A stretch of DNA of 64,000 bases, taken from assembly GCA_973895155.1 (NCBI GenBank), contig OZ316895.1, positions 22,332,558 through 22,396,557 on the forward strand, read 5' to 3'. Position numbers and translations under genes: made by a program. The stretch is from Marsupella aquatica. Lineage: Eukaryota > Plantae > Marchantiophyta. The notes beneath the pieces were generated by a model. It did no database searches. It was not told the DNA's origin and saw nothing but the letters and a program-made list of their open reading frames with translations. This document shows, piece by piece, positions 1 through 14,215 of this stretch (positions within the stretch are counted from its first letter, which is position 1; every line of letters starts with the position of its first letter).

Positions 1-585
1 GATCAGGTGAAGTCTGGATAAAGGACCAGCCCGCAAAAGCAGTTTCACAGCGGAACAAAGGTATAACCAGCAATACAGCGAAAATCGAAGATGTGGTCGA
101 ATGACAATCAGCGATCCATAACAGATGTTCCTTGGTCGAGGTAGGAATGGACCAGATCATGATAATCACCACAAAAATAACTGCGATTGAAACTTGATGA
201 CCAGGCCATAGACACTTTATTGATGACTATACAACAACCTCTCTACCTTCGAGCAGAACAGAGAGCCACAATTTTCGTAAGCCTCGTTACAGGGCTGTTC
301 AATCGAGTAAGGCACAAAAGATAGATTGTGAGCTCCCAAACTGATCCCAGTGTGAGTTACAGTCCACTGGCCCCATACAGAGTACACCACAGCTCCATGT
401 TTCGCAGATTCACGTTCGATCATGTCAAGCCCCAGTGGCTCTCAATACGCCATATGGTACACACTAAGCGTTATCACCAGCCTCCATATTTACCTTTCAT
501 ACTTCTAATACTTCCAATAGTTAACCACCTACCAAATCACAACTCCATTTGAGTCCCTAATGCACCCTGACGTGGTCTATCAGTT

Positions 586-3380
586 CTACCGTGGGCCGGC
601 AGGAGCTGCTTGAGGTCCTGGCCTTGCATATTGCGCCCTTTGAGCTCTCGATTGTGCTAGCATCTCATCATAGTTCTGCCAAACAAGCAAAGATCAGAGG
701 TAAGAGCAAAGCGACATGCAGTCATTATGTAAAAGGTTTTCTGCTCAACTCAACCTCCAGTTCGAACACAAAATGATTCTTGATGATCTAGCAGTCAACA
801 TAGGAGTATCCCATTCAAACCTGCTGAGCACGAAGAAGAGCAATACAGAACAGAAATTTCCACATAAAAGAAGAAACCCTTGCATAGATATGCCAGTTCA
901 GTGTAAGCATACCCTTCTCTCCATTGCAACTCCCCTGCTTTCGATGACCTTGTCAGCAAGACCATACTCTATAGCTTCTTGAGCCCTGAAGTATTTGGGC
1001 CTCTTAACGTCTTGCGCAATTTCATCGTAGCTCTTGCCAGTACCCTTTGATAGCAAGTCCACATAGTAGTCTGTGTTTGCATCTAGTTCCTTTGCCTGCA
1101 GCAAAACCAGTAACAAAACTCTGTCTCAAAATAGAAACCAAAAACAAACTTCCAATGTACTCTTCAAATAAGAGCCATCAGGGGGTCAGCATTCACCATC
1201 TAGCAAAATGACTGCAAGCCACCTTTATGAAGAGCTGCGCACTATCTGCCATGAGCAAGGAACAACCAATCAGACATGACAAACTTGCAAACATGGAACT
1301 CGCAGGCTCCTCACACACCTTGATCCACATGTCAATAGCTGGACCTTGAGACGAATTCACCTTCGGAGAATAAATCTTAGCTGCATGCCGAATACGTTTT
1401 GTGTAAGTCATTCACACGTACATGTGGTAACAAGGAACGGAGAACTTCATGAAAATTCCAGATTTCAACACTAGCATTTCACCAATATATCCTGGTGTAC
1501 TTACTAACGGAATTGGGTTGGACTGCACGGTAACCCTTCGTGCCAATGGAAAGCAACATCGCTGCTTGCCCAAAGGCTTGTCCACAATTGACTGTGTATA
1601 CATCAGCTTTTACATACTGCGACAAAAGAAACACATGACCGGTATCAAACCTCCGACAAAAGCCATATCAGTAGGCCACCATTCCGGTTACGGCCAGGAC
1701 TTGGCCAAACATCTGTCATAACTGTGACTTGTGGGCAACAAACACTACAATTAGTCCTACAACAGCAACGATCGACGTGGAAAAAGGGAGTTCATCCAAA
1801 TGATGAGTTAAATTTAACAAAAAAGACCCTTGTGGAGTGAACATTGTCACGAATGAATCCATTTACTCATTCCCCGGGCCTCGTAGGTAAATGATTAAAA
1901 GCCATAAACAGACCACAGAGCAGCCCGAATTTGACATCTCAAAGATATATCGTACCTTGATTGTGTCAGCAATACAGTAAGCTTCGGTTTCGAATCCAAT
2001 ACTCTCACGTTTATCGTTCTGCACCACGAATCCAACGGGGATTAAGTAAGGTTATGGCGAATAGGACCTGGCAGCACGATACTCCGTGCGCTTTCTTCAG
2101 AGCATGGAAGATTATCTTTTAGGCTGAGGTGAATACCTGTGTTCCAGAGGAGTTGATGTAAAAATAGATGGGCTTGCCAGGGTTGTCATAGTCCAGCCAC
2201 AATAGCTCTGCAACAATCAATTCTGTAACAGCAGGGACAATCTGCACGCGCAAGAAGATCACGAGATCTGGGTTATACGGACTTCGACGGACAGTTGCAT
2301 AAAGCCTGGGAATCGACGCTATCCTCATTAACATAGTTGGATTTTTGGATTTCACAAAGCTGTATTGCGCTAAAATTATCGCCTCGTTCTGCTCACACAA
2401 ACACCAGCAACAAATTCGAAACTGAACCTATCTAAGCACCTACAAAACTCTCAAGGTAGCACTACGGAAGGGGAAGGTAAGCTCAATTACCGGCATGCCA
2501 AGGTAGCAAATCCTTGAATCTAAGAGCAGTGACGGCAGATCAGGTGGTGCAGTTTTAGGCCTTCCATAACCACCCCCACCACGGTACATACTAACACTCA
2601 TGCTCAATCGAGAGGGTGCATCGTCTAGATCAGACATATTCCACATGCCGGTGCCTTGCTTGTAATGCCTCGCCGAGGCAATTGTTTCCTGAATTTAACG
2701 CCATGCAAGTTAGCACCGAGAAAGAAATTCTCTTTAGGAGCAAGTCTCCCATGCAGCTCATCGAGCACAGGACAAGTAAAGCAAAAAGCTTCAACCAAAG
2801 ATAAGCGGAGACGAAAACTACTCACCGCTGTGACCGAATCAGATTGCCTCTTCATAGGACTGTCTTCAGTCATGAACATATCGATCTGTGTAGGATTAAG
2901 CCCATACATATTCTTTGGGAAAGTCGAAAAATTCTGCTTCACTGTCAGAAGAAATCAAAGACACAATTCAATTCAATTCAATTCAATTCAATTCAACACA
3001 TTTCAACAGGAATAGTGGAACCGACGTGGCACAGAATTGATGTCAACGAAGCTAAAGACGAACAAAAGGGATGACATAGCGAGCAAAACGAGTGACATAC
3101 GTCCTTCCTTGAGATGCTCTTCCCGAAACTGCTTGGGAATCCGGTCCAGAGAAGCCCTAACTTGGACGGATTTCCGTCCATCAGCACCATTCCGAACAGA
3201 AGCGCCACTGCAGACCAGAGAAATCCGCTTCTCTCCACAAATCGAGCCCCCTGTAAACCCTAGAACGCGGCTCTCGCCGGTACCAAACGAGCTCTTCAAG
3301 CTCTGCTTCTGAGCGCTTTTCCCTGCGATGTCCAACCCTCCACCTGCCACTATTCCCCGCACTCCCACCGCTGCCGCCAT
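586..3380 (-). CDS. CLPR1: Plastid ATP-dependent Clp protease non-catalytic subunit ClpR1 (9 exons)
   Basis: Exons 3380-3101, 2941-2826, 2688-2491, 2241-2137, 2018-1956, 1616-1505, 1380-1319, 1095-913 and 675-586, all GT-AG, give a continuous ORF. Motifs SMSVSMYRGGG-GRPKTAPPDLPSLLLDSRICYLGMPIVPAVTEL, IDMWIKAKELDANT and C-terminal AAPAGPR match plant ClpR1. The catalytic Ser is replaced (GQAFGQAA) and the His is absent (TKIYSP), as expected for ClpR. The N-terminus resembles a transit peptide. Confidence 0.95.
2965..2996. repeat. (AATTC)n pentanucleotide microsatellite in ClpR1 intron 1
   Basis: About 6 perfect units visible. Confidence 0.9.
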
Positions 3381-3719
3381 AGCTCCTCCTCTTCCTCAGG
3401 CTCGACTCCTTCCTGCGATCGCTTTCGTCTCCTTCGAGCTCTTTGTTACTACCAAATACGATATCCACGCGAGAATGGCGAGAGGCACGAACGTCGCTTG
3501 CGTGATGAATAGGTTGACAGATCAACAAGCAACGCAGATCTTTTCTCAAGAAGCGAAAGCTTGGTTACGAATCCCCCCTCTAAAATCCCTCGTAGATTTC
3601 TATTACTGTAGTAGGCTGACACATATCACCTTGCAAAGGAAGGAACAAACAAACTCCGCCAAAGCGAGAGACAGGATCCCTAAGGCATTATTTATAGGGT
3701 AAAACAGGTCTGGGCGCAG

Positions 3720-4010
3720 GGTTACTAGGCTCTAACCTTGTGTCCGTGAATATGAAAATTTACTAGGCTGTAACCTTGCGTCCGCAAATATGAAAAGAAG
3801 CTAACCGGCAGCAGCCAGAAAGCTGCTTGGAATACTCCGAGAATAGGTTACAGTCTATAACCCCAGCCCTGCCCTGCATTAGCGTACGTAACTCTTGCCC
3901 GGAAAGAGGTTACCGGCTCAACTTTTCAGGATAGCAGATTATGACTATAACAGGCCCCTGCAGAAATGGTTACACACCGGTAACCTCTTCTCCTGACAGG
4001 ATTTACGGGT
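3720..4010. repeat. Degenerate array of GGTTAC-N5-7-TAACC palindromes upstream of ClpR1
   Basis: Units at about 3720, 3760, 3846, 3877, 3908, 3937, 3968 and 4000. The first two belong to a ~38-bp tandem duplication and the last six are spaced ~31 bp apart. Confidence 0.6.
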
Positions 4011-6126
4011 CTCAAATTACACTAGCTCTTTCCCCGGACTGAAATGTTGTGGGCCCCATCCCGAGTCAAAAATCTGCGGAATGATCGGTGTATGGACAAA
4101 ATTGATGTGCACTCACCCACCAAGTGCACTGGGCCTGAGTGCTTGCAAGTTAAATGTTACCCGCCACTAACTCAGTCAGTCAGTGCACCAGCCTTTCCAC
4201 CCCAAATTGGTCTCCACAAATGTACTGGGTGATCTTCAAAGAATTGTTGGCCCCCATTGAAAATATTGATGATGTTGAGTTGACTAGCGGGTGGGTGTGA
4301 CCCATCTCAAACCAAAAATGCTCTAGGTTAAGTTTGCCTGAATGTTGGGGTTTTGCTGGGGTCGCATAAGTTAATTTCCCAGAATGGCTGACCCAAAACA
4401 AAAGGCAAGAGCCTGTTTTAGATGCCCTAATAGAGAGGAAAATACAAGGGAAAAGGCTCAAGAAAACCAAAGAGCTAAAAAGCTAAAAAGCTAAAAAGCC
4501 AACAGCCCCAGAGTCCCTACAATTGTAAAAGAACTAAAAGCCCAACTGAGCAACAAACTGAAAAGTTTGGTAAAACTCAAGACTAAACCTCATAGGAGGG
4601 TCACAAAGAAGAAATGTGTAATGGCCTAGAGGTTATTGGCGTGCTGAGATTGCATGTAAGTTGTACCATTGTAGATTAATCTTCAGGACTCATTTTGGGG
4701 ATTTGGAGGGAAGTGGAAACTTCTGGGATCGTGTGCAATTTCTTGTTGATTGGACCTAAATTCAAATTGCATATAGAACTGATCATGCCAACTTTTATTG
4801 GATTGCACAACAGGCAATCACTTGCTATACCTGTTCTTGATGGTTGTTGTCAGTTTGTGATGGTTGTCCTTGGTCTTCTAGATTTGCCAAAATGCTCCCA
4901 TGGATTTTTGCAACTGGGATGGTCCACTTTTTACCCACAGTATTATTGAAAATACCCCTAATCAGTCCATTCTGGTTGTGTGGTTGGTAACTCCAATCGG
5001 CTTTGGTATGCTGGGTTGTCCTGGTGGTGCTATGGTGATTGGCTGGGTTTCCTGGTGACCAGTCAATTTGTTTCCTTTGTTGGGTGTTGGTTTTTGCCAC
5101 CCCTGCCTTTGCTTATAAACTCCATGAGAGCATCTTGTTCCTTTTCACTTGTTCGTAAAAACTACCAATTTGCCCAAGTTGTCAAAAATACCAAAGTACC
5201 CTTAAAGTTTACCTAATTGCAATAATACCCTTTCTTACCGTAAGGTGATCCATGTTCCTTTGTCACACTCCATGACAAGAAACTGAGAGGAAGGCAAGGT
5301 AGCTACCACAAAAACGCACCCAGCAGAAGGATTCATGCACAGAAGTACTCATATACGCTAAATTTTAATCTTTCCTAATTTGGGCAAAAGAGACTGACTG
5401 AATCCGACCTGTTTCGGGTCAGAAGAGACTAATCAAATCTGGCTTCAACGAATTCCTAAATCCAATTGAATTATGGAGAGGTATTTCTGTAAACTCTAAA
5501 CATACCTGTGTAAGTTGGCAACTTGAAACTGAGGGTAAATTCATAATTTCCGCTTAGCTTTTCCTCTTAGAAAGATGCTTGAAAACAATCAATTAATCAG
5601 AGGACAAGTCCTTAAAAGGCATAGGGAATGGGATGGCATAACACAAGAACTTGTAAAACTTTCTTCGAGCTTATTACACTCGACACTTCCTAGTGATCAA
5701 CATTGATTTGCAAATGGAGTGTTGAATATTAAGCCTACATCAACAAGTTTTTGTCTAGTGGAAAGACCATGCAGATGACTCACCCACTTTTCTTGTGAGC
5801 GAAACTAACAGAGGATCTAAAAATACCAGACCTGACATAAATTTTTGTCTTCTAATAGCTACGAGGACACATTCGACCAGTGTTGTGATGAAGCATCATG
5901 ATTTATAAGAAACCATGTGAAAGGTACTAACCCCATAAAAATTAGCTTCAGAAGAGTCTTGTTGGTCGATAAAAAACCGGATCAGCAATTTCATATGCTT
6001 GAACAATGGCTCAAGTTTTCATAATCTATGCTCAGTTTGCAATGTTTTCACTAAGCTTTTGAAGCTCTGCTGCCCAAAAGCAGTTCCAACAACTGAAGAA
6101 GCGCCTAAATCAGATGTAAAAGGCTA

Positions 6127-6443
6127 TGATTTGTTCAGAGTGAATATCATAACAGAGGTTGTGACTTGGGGAACCCCCATGATTTGCAGAGTTGCAGAGG
6201 GCATTTTATTTCTTCAAGAACAAAAGAGGCATATAGCTGAGAGCATGAAGTTGGAGCACACCAAGGATGATGGGTCCTTTTGCTTTGATCTGTTCAAAGT
6301 GAATATCATAGCGGAGGTTGCAACTTGGGGAACCCCCATGATTTTCAGAGTTGCAGCAGACATTTTAATTCTTTAAGAACAAAAGAGGCAAATAGCTGAG
6401 AGCATGAAGTTGGAGCACACCAAGGATGATGGGTTCTTTTGCT
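6127..6443. repeat. 159-bp direct tandem duplication
   Basis: 6127-6284 and 6286-6443 align nearly end to end (GAATATCAT at 6142 and 6301). Confidence 0.9.
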
Positions 6444-8638
6444 ACCCTGCAGTGAGATGTATGTATTCACTATATTTAGCATAAACCATACCATTCAATC
6501 TTGAGTAGGAAAAAAAGTTTTGTCTGATTATGTGGGTAGCAAAAAGTACAAAAATCTGCTTAGTCCAGAGCTAGTGAAGGCTATAAAGTCTCTAACAATA
6601 GGTCCTTCCTTCTGTCCGCAGGGAAAGGTTGAGGGTCAAAAGGAAGCATGCATGCCATTTTGACCGCTCTCCATGGGGACTGAAGACGATCAGCAATGCA
6701 AAGGCCCCCATGATGTACTTCCCCACAGGCCCAAATTGTCCACCCACCCATTGTGGACTCCACTTCTCATGCTCATGGACAGGAAGGGGAGTCTGGGTTT
6801 CATCCTAGGAGCTCACTAGCTCGAGGGGATCACTATATGAAGGGCCATACATTGCGTGCAACGTTTTAGGGTTTGATCCCCCTAACTTATAAGTGAAAAC
6901 ATATTTTTGCAAAACTCTTTCTTTAAATTTTTTCATTTTTATTAATTAGTTCGTGGACACCCTGGCTACATTTCTTTGGCCTTGTTTGAGTAAAAAGAAC
7001 GTATGTAATATTAGCTTTAACTCAAGTTGAGAGAGGCTATTGTGGTCCAAAATGATATGGTATCACAGATTATTCTGATGAGATAGTTTTACAAATTTTA
7101 GTGAAAGTATAGGAGAAATTAATTACCTCATCCAAATGTGATTTTGCAATCTTCTTCATATTGAACAGGAAAATAAGGGCTTTTAGTTTGTATTTTGAGA
7201 GGCTAATGTGGTCCATAATGCTCTGTTAGCATACATTAAAATATTTAAAATCTATGAGATATTTTCACTAATTTTAGAACATTAATTAATAAACCCAAGG
7301 CACAATTTTTTCTGTTAGTCGATTTAGGCATTAAATGACACTATATTTGACCATTGAAGTACCCTGGGCACTCAATTTAAGTTGAGAAGACTACTTTCTC
7401 AAGATCAATTGAGAAATTTGCTTTTCTCAACAAGGAACCCTGAGGTTTCTAATAGCTGAGTCCCTCGCTGAGTCCTCTTTAGAATATTTGTCCCCCGATT
7501 TGTCAATGTACTTTCAAATAATTGGAAATCTTGGAGATTTCACTGAAGTCTGAATTTGGCAAGTTTTGAACTAGACTCTTGACCTTGACGCAACTATTCA
7601 CCAAATGGAGAAGGGCAAAGCTTAAGCTTTCAGAAGATAGAAGTCGGGAGTGTGATAATCAGAAGCAGTTGTCAAAATCAGGCCTTTTTGCCTCATGCAA
7701 CCAAATTCTCAACCTAAGAGAGTCAATAGTCAATTGGTGGCAAGTCCATTTGAAACCAAATCAAACTAGATCAATGTCTGATCAAATATATTGTATCAAT
7801 TCATTGAATTCAAGTTCTGACCATAGCTGATAGTTTGCCTGAATTGCAAAAGGCTGGAAATCTTAATCCATGTGCTAGTTACCCTGTAACAAGGAAGTTA
7901 TCAAGTTAGTAAGTTAGTTATCAGTCATTGTTTATTATATGAAAAATATATACTTTTCAAAATTTTGAATTTAATTTTAAAAATTGGATACGTAACTAAA
8001 ACGGTTACATAGTGACAGTTTTATCCGTCTTGCTCTTTGCATTTCTAAATTTTTACATTTCTTTTTACGGCATGGCGTCCCAAAATTTACACACAAATTG
8101 ACGCAAACACGAATGAAAACTGTAAGTTTGATTAACAAAACTGACCAGTCTTGTTTGTTGTAGTTGTTGTTGACGTGGCACGCTCTGGTGCTAGGAATTT
8201 TGGAAAGGACCTCTCATGGGGTCCGTAAAAAACCCCTAAAAACTCTAAAGAAAATTAAATAGGTGTTCTTTAAAGCTGACCAGTCAATAAAAATATGCTC
8301 TACATGTTTTTCCAAAAACATTTGGCAGTCTTCTGCCACACACATTTAAATGGGCGTATACTTTGTCGCACGTGATGTGCCACTTTCGTGGAAGTGACCT
8401 CCCTGAGCTCACTAGAAGTTGGACATAGGGTGTCGTCAAGACTTCAATATGTCTCGTACTCACACCAAAAACAATATTTTGGGTTTATCTCATCAAATGT
8501 TAAAATGAAAACAAAGTGGTGGATATTACAATAGAATCACTTTTCCACCTAGTGGTTTTGCCAAACTAACTAACATAAAGTAATTATGTTATGGGTTCAA
8601 CATGCAATGAATACAATTCACACTAGCCTTGACTACCC

Positions 8639-8640
<2 letters not shown>

Positions 8641-8682
<42 letters not shown>
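8641..8682. repeat. (AG)21 microsatellite
   Basis: Perfect dinucleotide run. Confidence 0.98.
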
Positions 8683-8686
<4 letters not shown>

Positions 8687-9453
8687 GCACTAGTAACAAG
8701 ATTCCTGGCTCTTTTGGTTTCTTTCCTTGTGTGTTCCTGTCTGTTTCAGTTTCTTTCCCTTTTGGTTCATATTTCCCTTTGTGTTTTGTGAATTAGAATA
8801 GAGTCATGGTCTAGTAGAGGCTGCACTCTAGACCATAGACCTTAAAAGTAGCTTATGTTCATGAATTATTAGAAAGGTGAGTACATGTGATAAAGGAAGT
8901 GCAAGGTATACATGTATAGATTACACCCCATTGTCAGTGGGTATGTGGGTAAGAAAACTAGGGGGAAAGGAAGAAGCACTACCAAGGAGGTTTTTTTTCT
9001 TCCATTTTTGAATGGTTCTTTGCACAAGGTCATCATTACTCTCCACAACCACATTTTCTTTGCAAACATCATTTATGCAATAACATCTTTTGCACCACAT
9101 AACTTTTTACAAATGACATCCTATACACAACAGCATTTTTTTAGAAGCAATATATTTTGCGCAATGTCATTTTTTATGCAACGGACCCCTTTGAGTTAGT
9201 AATCTAGAATAGGGGTAAAACACTTCGATCTTATAAATTATAGTTGAAGGCAAAAATGCACTTTAATAGTCAGAAACAGACGTGTCCTTTGTTCGGTCAT
9301 GTTACAAACTCCAGTAGTAGACCACGTTTCACATACCCCGACATTCTCGAGGCAAATTTTGAATTTCAGCAAATTGACGCGCAAAGTCGGAGCGGCCCTG
9401 GGTTTGAATGCAATTCCCTCTCAAGAGAGGGAGGCACGGATTCCGAGCATCCA

Positions 9454-9487
9454 CCGTCCGATCCAGACTCCGCCCTCCGTCCGATCC
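9454..9487 (+). promoter_or_regulatory. Duplicated CCGTCCGATCC element (CCGTCC box of plant histone promoters)
   Basis: Two exact copies at 9454-9464 and 9477-9487 upstream of H3. A TATA-like CATAAAA lies near 9600. Confidence 0.55.
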
Positions 9488-9873
9488 TGTTTTTCCTTTG
9501 AAATTTGAATTCACCCCGCGCCCATCCAGTAGTAGCGATCTCCCTCTTCACGCTCTCGTTCGAACTGAGCCTCGAGGAGTCGAGACCTTCGCCCATGCTC
9601 ATAAAAGGCTTCGTCCGAACTAGTCTTTTCACCAAGCTCACTCGTTCTTCTGCTCGTCTGCAATCTCTCGCCCTCTAGCTCTTCCATTCGTCATCGCTCT
9701 CAAAATTCTGTTGCGAACCTCCCTCTCGACGTCTTGCTCGCAATTCCTTCCTGATTCCTTCTTCAGTAGAGTTGGGTTCTTCGATTGGAAGTGAGTTGTT
9801 GAGTTGTTGATACGATTCAATTGGAAGCGAGTTCGCCGTTTGCTCGATAATTCTGCCTGCGTTCTTGAGTTGA

Positions 9874-10305
<432 letters not shown>

Positions 10306-10359
10306 ACTGATCGTTCCTATGATCTCAGTGGACAGGATGTATATTGGAACACGCAGCTA

Positions 10360-10447
10360 GTGTGCTATCCACGCCCATGTCGTAACTATCATGCTGAAGT
10401 TGATTGTACTGGCGCGTCGTATCGAAGCGAGCTTAAGCTGATCGTTC
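10360..10447 (+). pseudogene. Degenerate duplicate of the H3 3' coding end inside the H3 3' region
   Basis: Translates to CAIHAHVVTIMLKLIVLARRI versus [21 protein letters not shown]. The post-stop CTGATCGTTC is also duplicated; offset 136 bp. Confidence 0.8.
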
Positions 10448-11184
10448 TCATGGTAGTTGATATGTTGCATGTAGATCTAGATACCGAGTAGATCGACACA
10501 AGCTACTCTCATACTGTACTTTGTGCAGGCTTTTGTAAAATTTTGGTGTCGTACGTCTCGTTGACACCTTGATAATAAGAGGTATCTTGATCTTGTTCTA
10601 CCCGCGGAACTATTCTGACCGTGCCTGCAATTTTATATTGAGGGGTTTGATCAAGCCACGAGCCAGAAGGTCTGGATTTATCAGTTGCTGTTACTTGCTA
10701 GTGAAGCAACACTTCGTACGATTTAGAGCTGGAACATTATCCTTTCGTTACTCACTTGGAACTCCGTGCGAACTTCGCTTCGTGTTCGTGTAATTGACAA
10801 TTCGCTTCGTGGTCGTGTAATCTGTTGCCTATTTGCTGTAATCTGTTGCCTATTTGCTGTAATTTGAATTTGGGATTGATAGCTTCTTAGTTGATCCCTA
10901 CAATTGTAGATCTTTGCAGTTGCAATATACTTTCGGTTAATTTAGTAAGAACAGCCAGTGCATCATAATGGCCATTCGAGAATAGTAGGCTGTGAAAGGG
11001 AAATTTATTGAATGAATTATCAGCCCTGAATTTCGTCCAATCCAGTTTCATTGGCCCATCAAATAATCAGCAATATAACTCAAATTGGACTAATCTACAT
11101 GAATTAAATTGTAAAACACTGAATTATATGTTTCCAAGTTTGTCCGTAATCGGTCGATACAGTAACTCTGCCCCTGAATCCTCT

Positions 11185-14100
11185 CTAGTAGCTTGGAGCA
11201 TCCTTGCCCTCTGGATGACCTCCGGGCCAATCGGTAGTATCCCTGTTCCACACATCCTCTGCCCTGCAATCCGCCCACGAAAGCCGACTTCAAACACCAC
11301 ACGAGTCACAAGAAAGTGAAGCTTGACAGCGAGGATCGTTTTGCCAGAACACCTTGATAGGGTGTTAACGTACTCCTAATTATGTAGACGCTAAAATTTG
11401 ACATGATTTAATTGATGAATCTCCAACAACGAAACTAGAGTCTAGTGAAAGAAAACCAAAACTTACGGTCTATAAGACGTCTATTTGTAAGACTACTTCA
11501 TGACTTCATCATGGAAGTCTGACTGTACAAAACTGAGACAAAGACGAGTAGAAGTTCGTTCGGAATCAACTTACTTCCTGTCAGCAATGACCACAGTGCG
11601 CATCTCACAGTTGGCATAACTGGCAAGAAAACGAATAATGTTAATTAAGTAATGTCTCACAACTATCGAGTAGAACTGGAACCCAAACAAAAAGTACAAT
11701 ATAAGGCAATAAAAACACTCGAGTGGAATGTTCATTCGACTCATTTCCGTTCTGTCAGGACAATCAAGAGGATCCTTTAAAGTATACGACCAAAATCCTT
11801 TTGGAAGGGATGAATGGGAGGCCATACAGTGCTTGCAGTTCGCTTTTGACGACAGGTGAGCAATCATCACCGAACGTTCCCATCAAATGGAAGAGGAAAC
11901 TGCTATGAGAAACGACTGCAATCTCCTTCTCTTTACGTTTCAGCAACCTGAGTACATACATGACGAACCACAGTTTGAGATTCTACTAGAGAAAAGCTGT
12001 AAAATTACCACTTCAGGATTGCTTCGGCAAACTAAACTTCCTTAGTCCAACGAGGAAGCTTGGTGTGACACAACTACAATCTAGCCCTGCTCTCGTCAGC
12101 AAATGTGTGCGTCAAAAGCGGGGAGACGGTATGTGTTGATGACTTCAAAACTCCGGGCAACAATTAATGGCGAGAATCATCAGAAATCATTTCCTCATCC
12201 AGGAGACGATTCTTCTTTACCTCGTTATTTAAGGTAATTCAAAATCACTCAGTCGAAGCTTTTTCTCAGTATTAGCTGCCCACTTCGCCTGATCTGTGAC
12301 GTTGACTCGTGGACGTCACATTGTTCGCTCCATCTTCCTTGTCGGATTTTAGTTTGTTCATAAATTCTTTAATCCATTCGTCATAAATTCATTGATCCAT
12401 CAGCTCTGATCTCTGGAAAACTGGAAATGTGGTTGCCTCTAAGTATTTTCTAATCACGACGACTATTTTACCCTTATGATCATTTAGACTGATAAATTAT
12501 GTATCTTGATGAAAGGCTGCACTTTGGCATCCACCGGGCTCAGAGCTTCTTAAAACTTGACCTTAGCAGAAGTAACCAAGAATCGAATACAATTATGTCA
12601 GAGGGTCCTCACCATTGCACAAACTTTCTTGCACGAGCATAGAGCTCGTCATCACTCTCCCGTACATCCGCCTTCCACAGTGAATCCTCTTCACTTTCAA
12701 CCTACAGAGGCAACTTTCGACATTACTCATGGGCCACAGAGAGACGAAACGAAAGACCCCCAATCCATGGCCCAAATTAATTTACCGAATGACCCCATAA
12801 ATTGTTGTAATGCGTTTTGAAAGTGGAGAAGGGAATTACTTCTGAGAAATCGACAGCCGGGAACAAGGATCTGTAAGTGCTGAGTGGTTGCCGTTTGTCA
12901 CATGGGTGGACTCCCTGCAGATAGGAAAGCGAGTTTAGCTCATCAAATCCTCACTAGCAGGTCTTCAATCATTCATGGCTACTTCTCAAGAAGCACTGCA
13001 GCATTTGAAAACATACTCAAAAGAAGAAACCCTAAATTCATGTGCAGAACTACATATCAAGAGTATTTAGAAATCACAAAGGTTGTAGACCGAAAGACAA
13101 AATGGAAACAAGAAGGGCTCACAATTTGCTCTCTGCACCACTCCACCGCAACGAAAGGACGAGCACCTGCACTGGAGATGGCCTTATGAGGAGCTTTTCC
13201 CACCCCGTCGACCATCAATGGTTTGTGTGTCTCCCCATTCACAATGTCTTCTCCTCCAAATGCTCCAGTAGCTGTCTGCAAGGTCCTGCTCGTCCAGGAA
13301 ATCTTTCTTCAAACCCCTAACCTAACATATGAACTCCCAAAGTTATAAATAGGGAAGCTTAACAACCCCGAAATTTCCGAACTAGACATGGCTGTTAAAT
13401 TGAGGCTCGGACTCGAATGCCAAGTTACCTCGTCAATGGCGAGACCACCACCAACTCCACAGAATCAAAAATACCGCTGGATCTGACAAACTTGTGCAGG
13501 GCTCCAACCTGCAACCATGATGAAGACATTCAGCGAAATGTCAATGCAGCGTCAATCCAAACGGAGAGTCCAAGTAGGTTATCAACGTAGAGTTTGCAAC
13601 TATTAGACTACTTCCACTTTTATCTTGTACTCAGCTGGAAAAATTCCAGAGGTTCAGATTGTATTCGTTTTGTACAAGAATGTCCTATGTATGCTTGTGG
13701 TAAATTGGTGTACAGAATGCAATCATCAAGGTGATTTAGATGTAAACATTGGCAAAATTTTGAGACCTATTGAAATGGGTCTCTCCGAAGGTGGAGACGA
13801 TCATGACTACCCTCTAGCCTCAGCTGCCCTGGAAGGAAAGGGAAGAGAAGCATGCACCTGTTGCCATCCCTTAGGTGTTAAGCTGGCATCGAAGTAGTCA
13901 TAGGACATATAAGAGAAACGATCGACCTCCCCTGCGACATTGTGGTAACCCTGCCCATGCCGGACCTGCAATGGTCACGCCAACTAGAAGTATGAGTCTA
14001 AAAGGACATGAACCGGAATAAATCTACTGTAACTGTGAAACATGACACATGAAGTGTGAAGTTATACCTCAATTTAGGTTTAGGTTTGAGGCACAGGAAA

Positions 14101-14215
14101 GAAAGCTGAACGATCAAGAGAAATGGAAAATGTGAATAGATTCACTTACTATGTGAACGATCTTGCTTCGATGTAAAGGGTATGCGGATGGACCTGATGC
14201 CGCGATTCCTGACAT
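11185..14215 (-). CDS. Phosphoglycerate mutase-like protein (histidine phosphatase superfamily), 9 coding exons
   Basis: Exons 14215-14150, 13965-13858, 13508-13429, 13285-13123, 12914-12840, 12701-12613, 11947-11828, 11619-11575 and 11263-11185. Motifs YPLHRSKIVHIVRHGQGYHN, VSPLTRTLQTA, CREQIGVHPCDKR, IAVVSHSSFL and ANCEMRTVVI are present. Confidence 0.93.
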
